Assembly (NCBI GenBank): GCA_047150005.1
Contig: AP038806.1
Coordinates: 1,024,001 to 1,088,000, forward strand
Length of the DNA: 64,000 nucleotides
Source: Nitrospira sp.
GTDB lineage: Bacteria > Nitrospirota > Nitrospiria > Nitrospirales > Nitrospiraceae
Reading direction: 5' to 3'
Shown: one piece after another, positions 58,743 through 64,000 of the stretch
Layout of the letters: the number at the start of each line of letters is the position of its first letter
Position numbering within the stretch: position 1 is the first letter of the stretch
Notes under the pieces: generated by a model
What the model was told of the DNA's origin: nothing
The model's input: the letters and a program-made list of their open reading frames with translations, nothing else
The model's database searches: none
Program-made: the position numbers and the translations under genes

Positions 58743-60350
58743 TCAACCCGCTTTGACGCGGACCAATACGGCCTCGCCAGTTCGTGCGACTAACTGGCCT
58801 CGGGACAGTAGGTACCGAGTGAAGTCCTCCGACAGCCCATAACCCCACACATAATCGTATTTCGAGAAAAGCGCCGACCATTTGACTCGCTCGAGCGGGG
58901 TTCCTTGCTCAATCCAGGCATAGTCGTTGTCCCAGTTTTCCTCGTCAAGCCGGGGTCCCCGATGGGGTTGAATGTCATTGGTTTGAAAGGAGCGGCGCAA
59001 TCGTACAGGGTGGACCCCATTTTGTGCGTAAATGGTCGGCACGAACGCATGCCGGTAGATCGTGGCATAGTGGGATACAAAATAGAAAGGGGCTGTGCGG
59101 AACCACGAGTTCCACCCGGGTTCATACATCAGCATGGAATAGACCTTGGCCCCATCGGGAAGCAAATCAAGCGCATGCACCTGGGATTCAATGGCAGTAC
59201 TGGCGCCAGCCCAAACCTTCCATACCGTGGCCACCCGTCCGACCGATAACGTCAACAAGGCGATAATCATGTATCGGCCTATTGTCTTGGAGGCGTCGAT
59301 ATGTATCGCCAAAACAAACATGATGACAGCGGGAATGATAAACCGGCGATCGACGTAGCTTGTGAGGGCGGCGCTCGTGGGGAATATCAAGTAGAGGAAC
59401 ACGAACACGGAGGCGGCCAGGAGCAGTTCCTTGCTGGCCAATCGGCCTACTCGACTTACCAGCAGTACCAGGATGACTCCACAGAAGACCGCGCTCAGCA
59501 CGAGGTCGATCCAAGGGTCATGGGTCAGAAAGGGGTAGAGGATGAAACCGGCCAATTTCTTCATGATCAGAGGCGGCGGCCCCCATTCCATCCGCCCGCG
59601 ATGTTGGAGCCCTACGCTGTAAATGAGATACATGACGAGCGGGGGCACGAGCGGCACAAGACCTAGGAACTGTGGAGGGAGGAAGCGTCGAGTTTGCGTG
59701 AGATCAAGGACCGTCACGCAGGCAATACCAACAGCCAGGAAGACGAATGAGGAGAGATGTGAGAAATAACAGAGCAGGGCAAAGAAGCTCACAAGCAACA
59801 GGCGGCCGACAGTCCAATTTGGGCGCATCCGCAACCACAGCGCGAGGGTAATCAAGAACATCCCGAGACCGAATATGTAGTTTACGAACCCATAGGCGAA
59901 CGCGTAGTTGTACGTGAAGAAACTCGCCGCCAGCGCGCTCCAATGGGGACGCGCATGTACAGTTGCGCCAAGGACGTGTATGCCCACATTGAACAACACG
60001 ACCATGAGAGAGAGGAACACTTTACTCGCGGTTTCAATGTCGAACACGTTCAGCAGCGGGGGAACGATGCGGTCCATAGCGAGATTCGGGAGGGGACGCC
60101 AGTCCAACTCATAGACGGCTCGATAGGATTCGTTCTCCGCATACTGATGGAGAATCTGGGTTCTGGCGAGATGATTTGGGTAGTCGTGTAATGGCGGATA
60201 GGTCGTAAACCAGATCGGACAGAGTTGGACAATGAGGAGAAATGCGTAAGCCGTATAGTACAGTCGCATTTTGCCCAAATCAGCTAGACTCATGATGATA
60301 CTCACAGTTCTGTACGCTCCCAATGACCGCCTTACCACCATCCGACACAT
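58743..60350 (-). CDS. Polytopic membrane protein, GT-C glycosyltransferase-like
   Basis: PPLHDYPNHLAR N-terminal motif, many TM helices, soluble C-terminus; start uncertain. Confidence 0.65.
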   Translation of the reverse strand: MCRMVVRRSLGAYRTVSIIMSLADLGKMRLYYTAYAFLLIVQLCPIWFTTYPPLHDYPNHLARTQILHQYAENESYRAVYELDWRPLPNLAMDRIVPPLLNVFDIETASKVFLSLMVVLFNVGIHVLGATVHARPHWSALAASFFTYNYAFAYGFVNYIFGLGMFLITLALWLRMRPNWTVGRLLLVSFFALLCYFSHLSSFVFLAVGIACVTVLDLTQTRRFLPPQFLGLVPLVPPLVMYLIYSVGLQHRGRMEWGPPPLIMKKLAGFILYPFLTHDPWIDLVLSAVFCGVILVLLVSRVGRLASKELLLAASVFVFLYLIFPTSAALTSYVDRRFIIPAVIMFVLAIHIDASKTIGRYMIIALLTLSVGRVATVWKVWAGASTAIESQVHALDLLPDGAKVYSMLMYEPGWNSWFRTAPFYFVSHYATIYRHAFVPTIYAQNGVHPVRLRRSFQTNDIQPHRGPRLDEENWDNDYAWIEQGTPLERVKWSALFSKYDYVWGYGLSEDFTRYLLSRGQLVARTGEAVLVRVKAG

Positions 60351-60519
60351 TGAGATACCGCACCGAGATGCGTTGATGTCCGCAGTTCTTGGGGTCGTTG
60401 ATAGTGGGCTTCATAGCCCAACGGTTATTCATTCACAAAGAAGCCTCAGTCATTTCCCTTTCGAGATCGTGGCGCCGGCGGCCCATGCGCCGAACGTCTT
60501 GAATCCAGGGGAGAAAAAG

Positions 60520-60564
60520 TGGTGGTCCCAACGGGATTTGAACCCGTGTCTGAGCCTTGAGAGG
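60520..60564 (-). mobile_element. att site: 3' half of tRNA-Glu(CTC)
   Basis: Minus strand reads C-CTCTCAA-GGCTC-AGAC-ACGGG-TTCAAAT-CCCGT-TGGGACC-A-CCA (anticodon loop, T-arm, acceptor strand, CCA); the 5' half (D-arm) is absent. Confidence 0.85.
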
Positions 60565-60613
60565 ACGGACGAACCTGAGGAAAAACCAGCGGATGATCCT
60601 GAGGGGTCGTCCG

Positions 60614-61099
60614 ATGAGTAACACCGACTTACAACGAGTTATAGCAGGCGTGTCCGATATAGGACAAGGCCCGATTCGTCGTCCTCTCCCCGCCCGTCGT
60701 CTGCACAGTACGCAGAAGGTCCGGATCGCCGGCCAACGCACGCTCTACATCTCCGTCCATGACGACGATCGCCCCGCGGAGGTCTTCCTTCGTGTCAAAG
60801 GTCCCGACTGCTCCGCAGAGCTGATCGGCCTCTACGATGTCATCGCCCGCCTGATGAGCATCGCGCTCCAGTACGGTGCTCCCCTTGAACAGCTCGGCGA
60901 TCTCCTCTCAGGCGCCCAATTTGCCCCGGGCGGGCCGGTGTCCGGACATGATCGCCTGAAGTTCTGCACCAGCTTGCCGGATCTGATCGGCCGGCATCTG
61001 CTGGTCGAGTACTGCGGCGAACGAAATGAGCCCTGTTTCAGACGATCTCTTGACCGAGATGATTTCGGGCCCGAGCGGTTAACAAAAGCTAACATCTGA
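60614..61099 (+). CDS. Stand-alone class II ribonucleotide reductase C-terminal (TSCPD-like) domain
   Basis: RRPLPARR..TQKVRI, AEVFL, ARLMSIALQYGAPLE, FAPGGPVSG, CTSLPDLI match the NrdJ C-terminal domain pattern. Confidence 0.75.
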   Translation: MSNTDLQRVIAGVSDIGQGPIRRPLPARRLHSTQKVRIAGQRTLYISVHDDDRPAEVFLRVKGPDCSAELIGLYDVIARLMSIALQYGAPLEQLGDLLSGAQFAPGGPVSGHDRLKFCTSLPDLIGRHLLVEYCGERNEPCFRRSLDRDDFGPERLTKANI

Positions 61100-61100
61100 A

Positions 61101-61532
61101 ATGGTCCAATTGACAAGCGACGCCCTGGCCTTCGATATCCGGGAACTTGTTCGACAGAAGCTTCTCTGCCGCTGGTCACGATTCGAATGGGTCTGGAAGA
61201 AAGGAAGATCCAGGACGGAGAGAAGCGTCAACGTTACCGTCTTGGAAGACCTGCTCGAGGTAGTGCCGCTCCCTGCGTCCCGTGACTGGCGGCAGTCCAT
61301 CAGGCTGACGTACTCGACCGGCCATCAAGGGAGCCGCCGGCCGTGGTTCCTATGTCCTTCGTGTTCGAGGCGAGCCGCCATCCTCTACTATCAGGTGGAG
61401 GGCTCCTTGAGCTGCCGGATCTGCGCTCATCTGGTCTACCAGTCTCAGTATGCGACACGCGATCGGAGTTACGGGCGCCGGCATTCGTGTCTCTCTCCGG
61501 CCAGAATCCGGGCGTCCCAAAGAGAGCCCTGA
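61101..61532 (+). CDS. Island-associated Zn-finger hypothetical protein
   Basis: RPWFLCPSCSRRAAILY...CRICAHLVYQSQ. Confidence 0.65.
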   Translation: MVQLTSDALAFDIRELVRQKLLCRWSRFEWVWKKGRSRTERSVNVTVLEDLLEVVPLPASRDWRQSIRLTYSTGHQGSRRPWFLCPSCSRRAAILYYQVEGSLSCRICAHLVYQSQYATRDRSYGRRHSCLSPARIRASQREP

Positions 61533-61606
61533 GGGCTGCGGTCCCGTGCATCCCCTTTCAGACGACGTGGCGTACTGACTCAAGCCGCGCCCTTCGTCCT
61601 TCGCCG

Positions 61607-61810
61607 CTAGTTTCGCACATCCGAATCCGTGAGGAGGCCAAGGACGGCGGTCCGGAGCAAGCGAAACCGTCGAACCTTGAGCCGCCGGCTACCCGGATGT
61701 GGCATCGCTTTGATGAGCCCTAGCCGGCGATAGTTGTGAATGGTGCTGGTCGAGACGCCAAGCGTAGACGCGGCTTCCTTGACGCTGATGAATAGCGCGG
61801 GGTCGTGCAT
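61607..61810 (-). CDS. Excisionase-like helix-turn-helix protein
   Basis: GAGGAG RBS; FISVKEAASTLGVSTSTIHNYRRLGLIKA (HTH_17/MerR-like). Confidence 0.75.
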   Translation of the reverse strand: MHDPALFISVKEAASTLGVSTSTIHNYRRLGLIKAMPHPGSRRLKVRRFRLLRTAVLGLLTDSDVRN

Positions 61811-61975
61811 CTCACTCCTCCTGATCAATAGGTGCACCTGCTGGCTCGGGGCGCGGCCAGCCAATCCAGATCTCTTCTGGAGGTGGATAGGTGCGTGCGG
61901 GGGGACGTGGCGGTCCGGGAGCGTTCGAGGGGGAGCTGCTGGTGTTAGGTTCGGTCATACCTGACCATTTCGGGC

Positions 61976-63400
61976 CTAGTGCGCGATGATACACCGATCG
62001 GGTTCACCTTGCCGCCTTGCCGGCGTGACAAGACCGTTGCTCAGGAATGCCCGGACACGGATGCTGGTCAGGCGCTTGACCGCTTGAGCCGGCAGCCGGT
62101 ACTGCACAGTGAACGGCGCATCATCTCGAATGACCGCCACATATCCTTTCTCAGCCTCGGTCACGAAGTTCGAGTCGGCGGCGCTACGTCGGTCTACCCG
62201 GAGGTCGTAGTCCCCGTTACTGATTCTGATGAACATCCGGCCGCTCGGCGTGTGTTGGTAGCGAATCTGTTCCACGGGAAAGAGCCGGCGCAGCGGAAAC
62301 CACTCCGCTTCCCCTCTGGCCAGCACCCCCATTAGTTCAGGCCCGATCCGGCATGACGCCAAGGCCGTCGTATCGTGGAGAAATTCCACCGCGAGCGCTA
62401 GTCGCATCACTTCATTTTGAAAGTACGTGGCTACCTCGAGCTCTTTGGCAATTCGCACAAGTGTGACCATCGCCCCGTCCCGCAAGAGTGCGCCGGTGCT
62501 CGTCTCCTGAACCCCATAGTGCGCGTCTCTCCCAAACCGGAGAGGGAAGCTCGTTCGCCCACCCTCCAGCGAGACCGCCGTTTCAGGTCGGACCGTGCCG
62601 CCCAACTCGCGTGCGCCAGCATCCAAGGCTTCACGAAGCGCCTGAGACACCCGCATGGCAATCGGAATTGTAAGCAGACGGTCGGACGGGTGCCCCGACA
62701 GCGGGGTTGCCTGCGGGGCTCCCACCGTCACGACAAAGCCGCTGGTGAGGATGGCCTGCAGCAGGCCGTCCAGGACGTCTTTCTGGTGATCGGCGGTGTC
62801 ACCCAATTGCGAACCCGACACAAGCCGTTCGAACAGCTCACCCTCTTCGCTCTGAACCCGCGTGAAGGCCTGGGCCCCCTCGCGAATATGCTCAAGCGCA
62901 GCCGCACGATCGCGGCCGGGAGCCGTCTGTGCGGCACGTCGTTTCCAGTCATCGAGCTCCCGGCTGACCTTCGCGTATTCCTCCTGAAGCTGACGGTATT
63001 CTCCCGCGATGTTTCGGCCTCGGATCCGGCGGGCAAGTTCCTCCATACGGTCCGTCGTCACGGTCGCATGGATCTTGATGTAGAAGCGGAGCCCCTCGGC
63101 AACGAGGGTGCGGGCCTTCTCAAGGATGTCGACCTGCAGGACGCCGCCGGCGATCGTCTCGATCTCGTCGGCCGTCACGTCGAGATGCTGCGCCTTGGTA
63201 TAGCTCTCCACGTAGGTACCCGCCTCTTCCAACGCCGCTTGCTTGGCCTTTTGGAGCACGCGAGCCTCCGCAAAGTCCGGTGTCTCTCCATCGCCCATGA
63301 TGTAGGTGGCCTCTGCGGTAATGCTCTTTGTATCCGCGAAGGCAGGGACCACGCCGGCGAGGAGGAGGATGCAGAGCCAGATCGAGCAACGGATGGACAT
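61976..63400 (-). CDS. Exported hypothetical protein (N-terminal LPP20/FlgT-N-like domain plus coiled coil)
   Basis: Signal peptide; AKQAALEEAGTYVESYT motif; 474-codon ORF. Confidence 0.65.
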   Translation of the reverse strand: MSIRCSIWLCILLLAGVVPAFADTKSITAEATYIMGDGETPDFAEARVLQKAKQAALEEAGTYVESYTKAQHLDVTADEIETIAGGVLQVDILEKARTLVAEGLRFYIKIHATVTTDRMEELARRIRGRNIAGEYRQLQEEYAKVSRELDDWKRRAAQTAPGRDRAAALEHIREGAQAFTRVQSEEGELFERLVSGSQLGDTADHQKDVLDGLLQAILTSGFVVTVGAPQATPLSGHPSDRLLTIPIAMRVSQALREALDAGARELGGTVRPETAVSLEGGRTSFPLRFGRDAHYGVQETSTGALLRDGAMVTLVRIAKELEVATYFQNEVMRLALAVEFLHDTTALASCRIGPELMGVLARGEAEWFPLRRLFPVEQIRYQHTPSGRMFIRISNGDYDLRVDRRSAADSNFVTEAEKGYVAVIRDDAPFTVQYRLPAQAVKRLTSIRVRAFLSNGLVTPARRQGEPDRCIIAH

Positions 63401-63727
63401 CTGAGTCAGCCTCTGTTGAGAAGGAGGTTATTCTAGGGAGTGCGTCGCCGGCCAGGCAAGGGGCTGTTACCAACCGGTCCCTTGGGAACACGGACCCGAT
63501 GATTCGAAGCGCCACAGGCATGAGCCCGAAGAACGGTCACGATTCGGCTTCAGAGGCGGGAGAGGGCAGACGGTCGGCCCGATGTCCCCGGGGAGGTTCG
63601 TACTCCGTCCGGGACTACGCAGCGCGCCCCTACGTTTAGTCGTGACGCGCTGGGCGCGGGCCTGCTCTGACCCTATCACTCGTCTTCACGGTCAAGCAAG
63701 GGAAGCCGTCCGAGCCGGCAGCTGCAG

Positions 63728-64000
63728 GTGACAAGGACATCAAGTCAGCGTTCCATCCATCCGGCCAGTCGAACCCAGCTCGGCGCGCTGCTCGATCGCC
63801 TCCGGAGTGGGGACGTGCCGACCGAGCGCCAGGTGTACGGGCCGTCCTTGCTCGATGCGCTCCATGAAAAAGGCGGCCTCCTCGATCAGAGCGGGGAGCT
63901 GTCGGCGCTCGGCGTCGATGAGGCGCGGAAACCCTTTGCGAAGAAACTGATCCGTGAGGGCGGGCTCACCCTCGATCGGGCGGCGGAACTGATGCACGAG
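63728..64000 (+). CDS. Phage-like hypothetical protein (3' partial)
   Basis: Open frame from GTG 63728 to the window end, absent from the ORF track: ...QLGALLDRLRSGDVPTERQVYGPSLLDALHEKGGLLDQSGELSALGVDEARKPFAKKLIREGGLTLDRAAELMHE. Confidence 0.55.
   Translation, partial: MTRTSSQRSIHPASRTQLGALLDRLRSGDVPTERQVYGPSLLDALHEKGGLLDQSGELSALGVDEARKPFAKKLIREGGLTLDRAAELMHE

Larger units (their letters stand above)
60565..64000. mobile_element. Left part of a tRNA-Glu-integrated genomic island or prophage remnant (continues beyond window)
   Basis: Lies on the upstream side of the tRNA 3' fragment; carries an excisionase-like HTH, a Zn-finger hypothetical and a stand-alone RNR C-terminal domain. Confidence 0.7.

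Noticed and set aside
60520..60564. Functional tRNA-Glu gene
   Set aside because: Only the 3' half is present; the adjacent sequence cannot form the D-arm or the 5' acceptor strand.
60271..60621. ORF containing WWSQRDLNPC
   Set aside because: Antisense translation of the tRNA fragment.
63740..63997. Minus-strand 85-aa ORF
   Set aside because: The plus-strand frame from 63728 looks more protein-like, so this is probably its shadow.
1..64000. CRISPR array, rRNA, IS transposase or recognisable riboswitch
   Set aside because: No regularly spaced repeats, rRNA-like sequence, transposase ORF or riboswitch consensus recognised by eye; a covariance-model search was not possible.

Overview
GC-rich bacterial chromosome segment. 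Gene content and intergenic repeat style resemble Nitrospira, but this is an inference. 1-30 kb is mostly core or conserved genes: mgsA, a TIGR03790-like protein, CBS proteins, a translationally coupled DUF692/MNIO-dus-maf operon, LOG/DHH/rhomboid genes, a hybrid histidine kinase lacking both phospho-acceptor residues, purEK, an HlyD-TolC-ABC export module with a degenerate ATPase, an rRNA pseudouridine synthase, and a polyamine cluster (pyruvoyl arginine decarboxylase, agmatinase, deoxyhypusine-synthase-like enzyme). 30.2-58.6 kb is a single divergently transcribed amino-acid/acyl-CoA catabolic super-cluster around an AT-rich control region. The left arm encodes a heme-oxygenase-like diiron enzyme, an HTH regulator, tryptophanase, an acyl-CoA dehydrogenase and a lipoate ligase. 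The right arm encodes a half-size HPPD-like dioxygenase, hmgA with an in-frame TGA, FAH, an orphan PRTase, BCKDH E1a/E1b/E2, thiolase, Hbd, a B12 mutase with isobutyryl-CoA-mutase signature residues, leucine-pathway enzymes, MeaB, the methylcitrate cycle and an acyl-CoA ligase. A 3' half-tRNA-Glu(CTC) at 60.5 kb marks the att boundary of an integrated element that runs off the right end of the window.
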